DNA of 64,000 nt, from assembly GCA_965207415.1 (NCBI GenBank), contig CBDBMD010000003.1, forward strand, positions 2,401,225-2,465,224, read 5' to 3'. Of this stretch, positions 44,598-53,361 are shown piece after piece; position 1 is the first letter of the stretch; each line of letters opens with the position of its first letter. The position numbers and the translations under genes are program-made. The stretch comes from Dehalococcoidia bacterium. GTDB taxonomy: Bacteria > Chloroflexota > Dehalococcoidia > UBA2979. The notes below the pieces were generated by a model that was given only the letters and a program-made list of their open reading frames with translations, did no database searches and had not been told where the DNA came from.

Positions 44598-45566
44598 GTG
44601 ATGGGTCAATACGTCCTCCGCCGAATCCTCGCCTCCATCCCTACGCTCGTGCTGTTCTCGCTGCTCATCGCCGGGCTGATCCGGCTCGTCCCCGGCGACG
44701 TGGTGGAGGCGCGGCTGGCCGGCGGCGGCGGCATGGACGGCGGCTCACTCAACGAGGAGACGATCGAGGCGCTGCGTGAGGACCTGGGCCTCGATCGCTC
44801 GTTCCCGGAACAGTACGTCGACTGGGTGACGCACGCGGTCCGTGGCGACCTCGGGGTCTCGATGTGGACCTACCAGGCGGTCACGACCGCAATCTTCCAG
44901 CGCGCGAGGCTCTCCGTTCAGCTCGCGCTGATGGCGATGGGCATCGCCCTCCTGATTGCCGTCCCGCTCGGCGTTCTCTCGGCAATCAAGCAGGACAGCC
45001 TGCTGGACTACGGCGCGAGGCTGTTCGCGATCGCGGGGCTCTCCATCCCCGACTTCTGGATCGCCACCATGGTCTTGCTTGCGCTCTCGCTCTACATCGG
45101 CTGGCTGCCGGAGTTCGGCTACTTCCCGCCCTGGGAGCAGCCCTGGAAGAACTTCCAGGCGCTGATCTTCCCGGCGCTCATCATCGGCTACCGCTACTCG
45201 GCGATCAGCGCGCGGATGACGCGCTCCGCCATGCTCGAGGTTCTTCGCCAGGACTACGTGCGGACCGCACGCGCGAAGGGCCTCACGGGCCGCGCCGTGA
45301 TCACCAAGCACGCGCTGCGCAACGCCCTGATTCCCGTGGTCACGATCATGGCCAGCCAGCTCAGCCATCTGATCGGCGGGCTCGTGGTGGTCGAAACAAT
45401 CTTCTCCCTCCCAGGGATGGGTCGGCTCGTCCTCGATTCGGTGATCTCGAGGGATTACCCGGTCGTGCAGGGCGCGGTCATGATGATTGCAGTGGTGTTC
45501 GTCCTCGCGAATCTGCTCGTCGATCTCTCGTACGCGGTGATCGACCCGCGGATCCGCTACTCCTAG
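44598..45566 (+). CDS. ABC transporter permease (DppB/OppB-like)
   Basis: 322 aa starting MGQYVLRRILASIPTLVLFSLL, with an EAA-type loop YVRTARAKGL. Confidence 0.92.
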   Translation: MMGQYVLRRILASIPTLVLFSLLIAGLIRLVPGDVVEARLAGGGGMDGGSLNEETIEALREDLGLDRSFPEQYVDWVTHAVRGDLGVSMWTYQAVTTAIFQRARLSVQLALMAMGIALLIAVPLGVLSAIKQDSLLDYGARLFAIAGLSIPDFWIATMVLLALSLYIGWLPEFGYFPPWEQPWKNFQALIFPALIIGYRYSAISARMTRSAMLEVLRQDYVRTARAKGLTGRAVITKHALRNALIPVVTIMASQLSHLIGGLVVVETIFSLPGMGRLVLDSVISRDYPVVQGAVMMIAVVFVLANLLVDLSYAVIDPRIRYS

Positions 45567-45592
45567 GCCCCACGACCGCACGGAGGATGCGC

Positions 45593-46492
45593 ATGAGCAA
45601 CGCCGCCGCGACCCGGCCCTCCGTTCATGGACTGCACCGCGAGCCGCGTTCTCCCATGTCCGAGGCGGCGCGGAGGCTGGTCCGCACGCCGGTCGGCGCC
45701 GTCTCGCTCGCGGCGATCCTGCTGCTTGTGGTCGCTGCGGCGCTCTCCCCCGTGGTCACGCCCCACGACCCCTTCCTGATCGCCGACAAGCCGTTCCTCA
45801 GACCAAACTTCACCTACTGGATGGGAACCGACTCGATCGGCCGCGACCTGTTCAGTCGCGTGCTGATTGGAGCGCGCATCTCGCTCTACGTCGGGGTGGT
45901 GGCCGTCATGGCGGGGACGCTCACGGGCAGCTTTGTCGGCCTGATCAGCGGGTTCGCCGGCGGGAAGCTGGACCTCGTCGTGCAGCGCGTGGTTGACTCG
46001 ATGGTCGCGATTCCGGCGCTGGTGCTCGCCCTCGTGATCGTCTCCGTGTTCGGGCCGGGCACCACCAACGGGCTGCTGGCGATTGCGCTCGTGATCGCCC
46101 CCAACAACTCGCGCGTCATCCGGGGCGCCGTCCTCTCCGTCAAGGAGAACGTCTATGTCGAGGCGGCGGCGGCCACGGGCGCCAGTCCCTGGCGCGTGAT
46201 GCTGCGGCACGTCCTCCCAAACGTGACGGCGCCGATCCTCATCCTCGTGTCGGCCTCGCTCGGCGCCGCAATCCTGATCGAGGCGGCGCTGTCCTTCTTC
46301 CAGCTCGGGACTCAGCCGCCCAATCCGTCATGGGGCTACATGCTGAGCAAGGACGGGCGGGCCTTCATGGAGCACGCCCCCTGGCTGGCGATCTTCCCGG
46401 GACTGGCGATCAGCATCACCGTGCTCGCCTTCAACCTGCTCGGCGACGTGATCCGCGACGTCCTCGACCCGCGGCTGCGGGGCACTCGCTAA
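45593..46492 (+). CDS. ABC transporter permease (DppC/OppC-like)
   Basis: ATG 45593 lies 7 nt after GGAGG. 299 aa. Contains WMGTDSIGRDLFSRVL. Confidence 0.92.
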   Translation: MSNAAATRPSVHGLHREPRSPMSEAARRLVRTPVGAVSLAAILLLVVAAALSPVVTPHDPFLIADKPFLRPNFTYWMGTDSIGRDLFSRVLIGARISLYVGVVAVMAGTLTGSFVGLISGFAGGKLDLVVQRVVDSMVAIPALVLALVIVSVFGPGTTNGLLAIALVIAPNNSRVIRGAVLSVKENVYVEAAAATGASPWRVMLRHVLPNVTAPILILVSASLGAAILIEAALSFFQLGTQPPNPSWGYMLSKDGRAFMEHAPWLAIFPGLAISITVLAFNLLGDVIRDVLDPRLRGTR

Positions 46493-46497
46493 GCCGG

Positions 46498-47955
46498 TCA
46501 GGCAGGAGCCTCGGCGGCGGCGGCGCGGCCGGCGACGCGGCCGAAGGCGAGCGCGTCGGCGATGTGGAAGCCGCCGTCCTTGCACCAGCTGTAGGTGGAG
46601 CTGACCGTACCCGCGGCGTAGAGACCGGGGATCACGCGCCCGAACGGGTCGAGCACCTGCGAGTGCTCATTGCGCCTCGGGCCGCCGTTGGTCCAGCCCA
46701 GCAGCGGCGCCGAGGTGAAGCCGTAGTACGGCGGCTCGTCGATCGGCGCGAGCGTCGCGGGGTGGCGATGGAACTGGTCGTCCACGCCCGCCGCGCAGGC
46801 CGCGTTGTAGCGCCGCACCGTCTCCTCGAGGGTGCCGCCGTCCATATCGAGCAGCGCCGCCAGCTCGCGGGGGCTGTCCGCGCGCTTGATCCAGCCGCGC
46901 TCGATCTCGGCGCTGTTGTCCTCGCTCCACTCGTAGCCCTCGACGAGCATGTTCCAGCCGACCGGGAGTAGCGATGGCGGCGGGCTGATCGGGCCGGCGA
47001 GGCGCGTGCGCTCGTCGAAGATCACATGCATCGGCTGCGCCGGGTAGAGCTCGTAGCTGCCGTTGATCTTCCCGTGGCCGTGGCCGCCACGCGGAAACTC
47101 GTCGATCAGCCGCCGGCCGTCCATTCCGGTGAAGATGAAGCCGCGCGCGAAGACGAAGGAGACGTAGAAGCCGCTCTCGAAGCCCTCCGCGCGGAAGCCG
47201 AAGGCCGTCGCCATGTTGTCCATGTGCCAGAGGTCCGCGCCGACCTGCTGCGCCATGCGGATGCCGTCGCCGGTCCCGGCGGGCGACCCCCAGACGGGCG
47301 AGTCCGGCAGCTGCAGATAGTCGCGCACCATCTGCGGGTTGTTCTCGAACCCCCCGGTGGCCAGCACGACACCGGCATGGGCGCGCACGCGCAGCGGCGT
47401 CCCGCCCTCGCTCGCCCCGCTGAGCGCCTCGACGCCCGTCACGGCGCCCGAGGCGTCCCGCACCAGCTCGCGCCCCGGCGTATCGAGCAGCACCTCGATC
47501 TCGCGGGAGCGGACGGCCTCGGAGAGCGTCTCGAAGAGCCGACTGTTCCCCAGCTCGCCGTCGACGCCGATGTAGCCGCCGTAGGCCTCGCTGCCGGGCA
47601 GCTCCGGGAACTCGGGGCGGTAGTCGCCGTGCGTGGCGACGCGCGCGCCGAGGCTCTCGACCCACGCCGAGTTCTCGGCGGTCTCGCGCGCCCAGACCTG
47701 GATGACCTCATCGGGGACGGGGAAGTCGCCGCAGAGGGCGCGCAGGTAGGTGGCGATGCCCTCCGGGTCGCTGTTGTCGAACCAGACGCCGCCGGAAACG
47801 CGCGTGTTTCCGCCCTCGCGGCCCGCGGGCATCTTCTCCAGGACGACGACGTCCGCCCCGGCGTCGTGCGCCTCGATGGCGGCGGCGCAGCCTGCCGCGC
47901 CGAGCCCGAGCACGACGACATCCGCCTCGCGATCCCACGCCGCTTCGGTCATCAC
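46498..47955 (-). CDS. FAD-dependent oxidoreductase, fumarate-reductase/KstD-like flavoprotein
   Basis: 485 aa. FAD fold DVVVLGLGAAGCAAAIEA, and C-terminal GLYAAG. Confidence 0.85.
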   Translation of the reverse strand: MMTEAAWDREADVVVLGLGAAGCAAAIEAHDAGADVVVLEKMPAGREGGNTRVSGGVWFDNSDPEGIATYLRALCGDFPVPDEVIQVWARETAENSAWVESLGARVATHGDYRPEFPELPGSEAYGGYIGVDGELGNSRLFETLSEAVRSREIEVLLDTPGRELVRDASGAVTGVEALSGASEGGTPLRVRAHAGVVLATGGFENNPQMVRDYLQLPDSPVWGSPAGTGDGIRMAQQVGADLWHMDNMATAFGFRAEGFESGFYVSFVFARGFIFTGMDGRRLIDEFPRGGHGHGKINGSYELYPAQPMHVIFDERTRLAGPISPPPSLLPVGWNMLVEGYEWSEDNSAEIERGWIKRADSPRELAALLDMDGGTLEETVRRYNAACAAGVDDQFHRHPATLAPIDEPPYYGFTSAPLLGWTNGGPRRNEHSQVLDPFGRVIPGLYAAGTVSSTYSWCKDGGFHIADALAFGRVAGRAAAAEAPA

Positions 47956-47989
47956 GCACTCCTCGATGCTGCGCTGGTGTTGGTGGGGA

Positions 47990-48065
47990 TGGCGCGCCGG
48001 GAAGGATTCGAACCCTCGACCATCAGATCCGAAGTCTGACGCTCTGTCCCCTGAGCTACCGGCGC
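47990..48065 (-). tRNA. tRNA-Arg, anticodon UCG, CCA encoded
   Basis: The reverse complement folds as GCGCCGG TA GCTC AGGGGACA GAGC G TCAGA CTTCGGA TCTGA TGGTC GAGGG TTCGAAT CCTTC CCGGCGC G CCA. All four stems pair, and the total is 76 nt. Confidence 0.93.
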
Positions 48066-48149
48066 ACGAGCAATCAGGACGGTTATGAGTGTACCCGCGG
48101 GCGCGCTAGGATCGCGCCGGACGCGGCGCCTGCGAGAGAGGACGCGAGC

Positions 48150-48557
48150 ATGCAAGTCACGAGGATCTACACCGGCGACGACGGGCAGTCGCACTTCGAG
48201 GACATCGAGGTCGGCACCGGCGCGGGGGACACGCAGCGTTCCCCGGACTTCCCCGCGACCGCCGTCGGGCTCCGCGAGTCCGACGGCGCACGCAACCTGG
48301 ACTTCCACCCCGCGCCGCGCCGACAGCTGGTGGCCATCCTCGCGGGGCGGCTGGAGATCGAGATCGGCGACGGCACGAAGCGAGAGTTCGGGCCGGGCGA
48401 GCTGTTCCTCGCCGACGACACGAGCGGACAGGGCCACATCCTGCGCGACATCGGCGGCCCACACCGCGGCGTCGTCGTCCCGCTTGCGCCGGAGTTCGAC
48501 CTCGAGGCGTTCCGGGGCGGCCAGGTTGGCGGGGCGGCCAGGTCGCCCTCGCCCTAG
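48150..48557 (+). CDS. Small cupin-like protein (paralog of 19245-19631)
   Basis: 135 aa starting MQVTRIYTGDDGQSHFEDIEV. The stop shares a CTAG with the convergent gene. Confidence 0.7.
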   Translation: MQVTRIYTGDDGQSHFEDIEVGTGAGDTQRSPDFPATAVGLRESDGARNLDFHPAPRRQLVAILAGRLEIEIGDGTKREFGPGELFLADDTSGQGHILRDIGGPHRGVVVPLAPEFDLEAFRGGQVGGAARSPSP

Positions 48558-50290
48558 GACGTTCTCTCGACCAGCACCGTGATGATGTCGACCCCGTAGT
48601 ACTTCTGATGGCGGACCGACGATGCCTGATGGCGAAGCAGGCGCAACGAGATCTCGTTGGCTTCCGGCAACCTGATCTCTTCGTTCAGGTAGGCCAGCTG
48701 GTCCTCCAGGTTCTCGTGGATCGTCGAGGCGACGAACTCCAGCTCCACCGAGGCTCCGCCGGGACGCGCACTGATCACCAGGCGTGGCGTGCGCTCGGCA
48801 GCCTCCGCCTCGTCCCACTGCAGGAGGCTGAGCAGCGTCTCCTCGCCGGCGGCCCGCAGCCGTAGCGTGGAGAGCGCATCCCAGTCGAGTTCCTCCGCGA
48901 TCTCGCCGAGGAACTCGTCGACGGCGGGCAGCTCCGCCAGATCGAGTTCAGTCTCCAGGCGGCGGGCTCGCGGGCCCGTGGACTCGAGGAACAGGGTCAG
49001 CCCGACGGCGACGATCGCGCCGTACATGACCCCGCTGCTGAAGACAGTGCCCAGCGTGTCCCCCAGCACGAACGCGATCACCTCGTGCCTGTCGAGGCCC
49101 AGGCCGATCGCCAGCGAGAGTCCCACGATCAGGGACTTCTGCGGGTCGAGGCCATCCCGCAGTACGGTCTGCATGCCGCTCACGAGAATGATGCCGAGGG
49201 CCATCAGCAGGTAGGCGCCCATGACGGGGCTGGGGATCGTCAGCAGAACCGCACCAAACTTGGGGAACAGCGCGACTGCCAGGAAGATCAGCGCGACCGC
49301 GTATCCGACCCGGCGCGAGGCGATTCCCGTCAGGCTGATCAGCGACGTGCTGAACGAGGCAAGGCTCTGGACCGGCGGAGTGCCGGCGATTCCGGCCAGC
49401 AGCATCCCCACGCCGTTCGTGCTGACCATTGCCTGGATGTGCCGGAAATCGATCGCGCGCGCCTCACGCTGCGAGACCCGCTCGATGATTGCGCCGTCGC
49501 TGACGACCTTCGTGCCGAGGACGAGCGTGAGCACGAGGAACGTCGGCAGTAGCGCCCAGAACTCGACGCCGGGCGTGAGATCCACGCCGGGGAAGCGGGC
49601 CTCGGGGAAGCCCAGCCAGGGCGCGTCGACCACCCGTTGCAGCTCGTACTGGCCGAGCGCCGCGGCCACTACGCAGCCGGCTGCGATGCTGATCAGGGTG
49701 GACCAGAGTCGCCACGTGGCCGACGCACGCAGCGCGAGCACGACTCCCACGGCAAGCGTGGCCAGCCCGACGGCCGGGCCGGCAGTCGCCGGGGCTCCGG
49801 CAGGCAGCTCATTCAGCCGGTCGACCGCCACGGGCAGCAGCGAGGCCGCCACCAGCATCAGGACCGTGCCGGTGACGACGGGCGTGAGCAGGCGCCGCAG
49901 CGCCGGCAGCCACAGCGCCATCGCGAACTGCGCGAGCGAGCTGACGACCATGAGGCTCGCCAGTGTCGCCGGACCGCCCTCCGATAGCGCCACGACGCTG
50001 ATCGCCACGAACTGGACGGTGGGCGCGGCAATCACGATGTGCCCGGACCCCAGGTACCGCGCGCGAGTCGCGTGCAACCCGATGATCACGGCGTTGACGA
50101 TCAGGGCCGCGAAGACGGCCCAGTTCAGGTACGCGTCGTCCTGCCCGGCCGCTCGCACGGTGACGGCCACAACGAGAATCGTCGGGGCCAGGGCGAGCGC
50201 GACGCCTTGCAATCCGACACCGGCGGCGACGAGGGGCGAGCAGCCCTCGTCGGGCTCGTACCGAAGCTCCTCGATGTTCTGAGCCGCCAT
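48554..50290 (-). CDS. Multi-pass permease (nucleobase/NCS2-like) with soluble C-terminal domain
   Basis: ATG 50290 after GGAGCG, with an alternative ATG at 50308. About 440 aa of hydrophobic helices are followed by a roughly 130-aa soluble tail. The family assignment is tentative. Confidence 0.65.
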   Translation of the reverse strand: MAAQNIEELRYEPDEGCSPLVAAGVGLQGVALALAPTILVVAVTVRAAGQDDAYLNWAVFAALIVNAVIIGLHATRARYLGSGHIVIAAPTVQFVAISVVALSEGGPATLASLMVVSSLAQFAMALWLPALRRLLTPVVTGTVLMLVAASLLPVAVDRLNELPAGAPATAGPAVGLATLAVGVVLALRASATWRLWSTLISIAAGCVVAAALGQYELQRVVDAPWLGFPEARFPGVDLTPGVEFWALLPTFLVLTLVLGTKVVSDGAIIERVSQREARAIDFRHIQAMVSTNGVGMLLAGIAGTPPVQSLASFSTSLISLTGIASRRVGYAVALIFLAVALFPKFGAVLLTIPSPVMGAYLLMALGIILVSGMQTVLRDGLDPQKSLIVGLSLAIGLGLDRHEVIAFVLGDTLGTVFSSGVMYGAIVAVGLTLFLESTGPRARRLETELDLAELPAVDEFLGEIAEELDWDALSTLRLRAAGEETLLSLLQWDEAEAAERTPRLVISARPGGASVELEFVASTIHENLEDQLAYLNEEIRLPEANEISLRLLRHQASSVRHQKYYGVDIITVLVERTS

Positions 50291-50792
50291 CGTGCGCGCT
50301 CCTGCCATCGGCCCGTCTGACGAACCAGTGAATTGCGGAGGATATCGGGAAATGAGTGCCAGCTGGACCTCGCGCGGCACGTATCCGCCCGCCTCCCGCT
50401 GGCTAGCATAGCGGCGAATAGTCGGTCGGCATGAAGATGACGGAGCGGATGCGTGTGACGACGCTGCTGCTAGGAGCTGCGAGAGGATTCGAGGTTCCAC
50501 GAGTCCCAGATCCTCAAGGCGGCGATGCGGCTCCCGGATCACTCCCGGGAACGGGCCGAGGTCGGGCACGCGATGATCGGTGCGGCGCGTTTCTTGGCGG
50601 CGTACTCGCCGGCGGCGCGTTCGGCAGAGTAGACCTACGACACGGCCTACCGCCTGCATCGCGGGGACATGACCTCCGAATAGGTGCCGCCGTAACGGTG
50701 TAAGCAAGTGATCATACGCGCGCGCTCCGGTTGCAGATCCTGTGCCCATCGTTCAAGATTGGCTTGTGGCGGGCTCTCCCCGAAGGGCCGCA

Positions 50793-52364
50793 ATGGGAAA
50801 GCTGACGCTGGTCACCGGGGTTCCAGGTACTCGAATCCAGAGGTCGCTCACGAGCTTCGTCGCCTTCGCGTCGACGAACTTTGGGCGCAGTGTCGTAGTG
50901 CACTCGCTCGAGGCCGATTTTCAGGCCCGAGCTCGGCCGCAAGTCGCTGAATTCCACCCCGAAGTCGGTGCAAGTCCGACTGTCATACACACGTTCCTTC
51001 TGCCTGGCCCACTTATAAGAGACCTTTGGCGAGAAGCGTTCGAATCCGTGACGCAACGCGCCGAGGAGAGTCGGCTGACTGGTGACGTAATCGTAACCCT
51101 ACACTTGTCGTTCTTCCTCCATTCGACACGCGAGTACTTTTTTCCTGCGGATCTGTCGGTAATGATTGGATGGATCAAACAGAATGTAGACGAGATCGTG
51201 ACATTTGTTGATGATATCTACGATGTGCATCATTCGCTCATTGGCGGAACCGATGACGTCGGTATGTTGGATCCGCCGTCGACACTCGAGTCAACGGTTC
51301 ATGATTTGATGCAGATTCTGGACTGGCGTTCAATCGAAGGGATGTTGGCATCCAGCTTGTCAGCATCGGCGGAAAAGCCACATTATCAGTTCGCCGTGAA
51401 GCACCCGGCAGGAACTTTCCACGATCTCATCTACACGGATAAGCAGGTTGTATATCTCTCACATCCGATCTCAGAACCACGGCGGCTTTTTTCAGCAGGC
51501 GAGAGAAGCGAAACAGTCGAGTTCGTCCGCAACATGCAAAACCATGTCTCTCGGCTCCGCAGCTCCGCGACGGTCATCGAACCGACGGCAATAGACGAAT
51601 GGAGGTTTGCTGGTGGTAGCGCAAACCTCTCAGCTCGATGGCCGTTCGGTCCCGACGAGAGAGAGCTGCTGTACGTACCGCCTGACCCTCCTCCACCGGC
51701 AGCACTGCGCTTCGTGTTTCCTGCGGGATGGGCCGCGGACGAGCGAGAAGCGCTCGAAGCGAGCGATGCGGTCACGCTTCTACAGAAGGCGATCGAGCGG
51801 CAGATCAATGCCCGCGATCACAGTCTAGTCGAGGAGACGGACCGCATCGCTTGTTATCGTCCACTTTTTCGTGGGAATGCGTCGCGCGGAGTTGAAGAAG
51901 AACTCCGTCACTTCGCTGGACTCGTGAAGCTAGGGATGCGAACTGGCCAGACGTCGGTCGTCCTTATGCGGGACGAGGATCGGAAGGCTTTCGCACAACG
52001 GACGGTGATTGAGAGGCTGCTGCCAGGTTGGCGTAAGAACGGCCTGCTCCAAGGGCAAGACACCAACTTCAATAAGTTCATCCAGTGTGTCGAGGCGGGG
52101 GATTCACGTTCGGAGGCCGTAGCGCGAGGAGAGCTCGATACACTGCGGAGCCTCCTCCGAGAGTGCGAACTCTCCGCGAACCCTGACTCGATACCTGGTG
52201 GGGGCACCCTCGGAGCGACCGAGGCGACTCGGCGCCAGACCGCTGAAGGGGATCTCGCGCTCCAAATCCAGAGCGCTGTTGCGGCGTTCGATAGACTCGC
52301 CCAAGGCGATGAAGTGAAGATTGTCTCTGACGAACAGGCGTTCTATAATGCGTTCGAAGCATAG
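50793..52364 (+). CDS. Hypothetical 523-aa protein: degenerate P-loop (archaeal AdkA-like) domain + NDT/SLOG-like Rossmannoid domain + helical tail
   Basis: ATG 50793 lies 5 nt after GAAGGG, with an alternative GTG at 50742. Motifs: MGKLTLVTGVPGTRIQ, DEIVTFVDDIYDV, KQVVYLSHPISEP and RDHSLVEETDRIACYRPLFRGNASRGVEEELRHF. GC in sampled lines is 40-58%. Confidence 0.6.
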   Translation: MGKLTLVTGVPGTRIQRSLTSFVAFASTNFGRSVVVHSLEADFQARARPQVAEFHPEVGASPTVIHTFLLPGPLIRDLWREAFESVTQRAEESRLTGDVIVTLHLSFFLHSTREYFFPADLSVMIGWIKQNVDEIVTFVDDIYDVHHSLIGGTDDVGMLDPPSTLESTVHDLMQILDWRSIEGMLASSLSASAEKPHYQFAVKHPAGTFHDLIYTDKQVVYLSHPISEPRRLFSAGERSETVEFVRNMQNHVSRLRSSATVIEPTAIDEWRFAGGSANLSARWPFGPDERELLYVPPDPPPPAALRFVFPAGWAADEREALEASDAVTLLQKAIERQINARDHSLVEETDRIACYRPLFRGNASRGVEEELRHFAGLVKLGMRTGQTSVVLMRDEDRKAFAQRTVIERLLPGWRKNGLLQGQDTNFNKFIQCVEAGDSRSEAVARGELDTLRSLLRECELSANPDSIPGGGTLGATEATRRQTAEGDLALQIQSAVAAFDRLAQGDEVKIVSDEQAFYNAFEA

Positions 52365-52377
52365 GAAGGGACACAGG

Positions 52378-52593
52378 ATGCACGACAGGACTACGCAGTT
52401 TACCCTTTTTGTTTCGGACCTGGAGGAGGCGCGGGCGCTCAGAGAGACGATCGAGTCGGCAGGGTACGAGCCCTACGTGGTGGTGTGTGCCCAAGATCGG
52501 GATACTCCGTATCTCTGTAGCGCTCTTGTGAAGATCACGGGCCACAGCAACATCAGGCGGTTCCTAGCCTCTGGGGCCCCAGCGCCGGGCTAG
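52378..52593 (+). CDS. Hypothetical 71-aa protein, partner of the 523-aa ORF
   Basis: ATG 52378 after AGGAAGGG, 13 nt downstream of the large ORF's stop. Sequence MHDRTTQFTLFVSDLEEARALRETIESAGYEPYVVVCAQDRD... I recognise no family. Confidence 0.5.
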   Translation: MHDRTTQFTLFVSDLEEARALRETIESAGYEPYVVVCAQDRDTPYLCSALVKITGHSNIRRFLASGAPAPG

Positions 52594-52603
52594 CTGTACC
52601 TGC

Positions 52604-52930
52604 CTACGGCAGTGGCGAGTAGTCCGTCGGCGCAAGGATGTCCGAGCGAATGCGAGTCACGATCGCGCCGTCGCGCTCCGAATCGGCGCGGACCTGCCGC
52701 CACTCCTCGTCGGCCCGGAACGCGGCCCACTTGCGGTCGCGCTCGGCCATGTCCTCGAACTTCATCAGGTAGACGAGCTGGTCGCTCCAGCCGCCGTGGG
52801 CGTAGGTCCAGAAGCCAACCACGTCCAGGCCGTGATTCGCGAAGATGCGCAGCGTGTGGTCGCGGAAGCGGCGATGGAGCGCGCCAAGCTTGCCCGGAGC
52901 CGCCTCGTAGATTCGCAGTTCGTAGATCAT
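52604..52930 (-). CDS. NIPSNAP family protein (copy 1)
   Basis: 108 aa starting MIYELRIYEAAPGKL, with a GGAAGGAG RBS. Confidence 0.85.
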   Translation of the reverse strand: MIYELRIYEAAPGKLGALHRRFRDHTLRIFANHGLDVVGFWTYAHGGWSDQLVYLMKFEDMAERDRKWAAFRADEEWRQVRADSERDGAIVTRIRSDILAPTDYSPLP

Positions 52931-52955
52931 CGCTGCTCCTTCCGTGAGCGCGCCG

Positions 52956-53282
52956 CTAGGGCAGCGGCGAGTAGTCCGTCGGCGCGAGGATGTCCGAGCG
53001 GATGCGCGTGGTGAGCGAGCCCTCGCTGTGCGACTCGGCGAGCACACGTCGCCACTCGTCGTCGGCCATGAAGCTGGCCCACTTGCGGTCGCGATCGGCC
53101 ATGTCGTCGAACTTCATGAGGTAGACGAGCTGGTTGCTCCAGCCGCCGTGGGCGTAGGTCCAGAAGCCGACCACGTCGAGGCCGTGACGCGCGAAGATGC
53201 GCAGTGTGTGGTCGCGGAAGCGCGCGTTGAGCGCGGGCAGCTTTCCCGGAGCCGCCTCGTAGGTGCGCAGTTCGTAGATCAT
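52956..53282 (-). CDS. NIPSNAP family protein (copy 2)
   Basis: 108 aa starting MIYELRTYEAAPGKL. A tandem paralog of copy 1 at a 352-bp offset. Confidence 0.85.
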   Translation of the reverse strand: MIYELRTYEAAPGKLPALNARFRDHTLRIFARHGLDVVGFWTYAHGGWSNQLVYLMKFDDMADRDRKWASFMADDEWRRVLAESHSEGSLTTRIRSDILAPTDYSPLP

Positions 53283-53361
53283 CGCTACTCCTTCCGCGTG
53301 GCGCCGACGATACCCGGTCGCGAGTCGCGCCGCGAGACTACGCCGCGGGCCGGCGCCCTCG

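Noticed and set aside
50431-50703. 90-aa ORF (MKMTERMRV...) as a real gene upstream of the cassette.
   Set aside because: It has low-complexity Gly/Arg/Ala content after the first 15 residues and no RBS. A neighbouring frame looks more protein-like but is broken. It is treated only as possible gene debris.
52566-52593. Palindrome ctggggccccag within ctagcc...gggctag at the end of the 71-aa ORF as a terminator or cassette boundary.
   Set aside because: It lies inside the coding sequence, has no loop or T-tract, and has no matching copy at the left boundary.
47990-52600. tRNA-Arg as the integration site for the low-GC cassette.
   Set aside because: The tRNA is on the minus strand, so its 3' end faces away from the cassette. 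About 2.7 kb of normal-GC genes intervene. No integrase and no repeat of the tRNA 3' end was seen.
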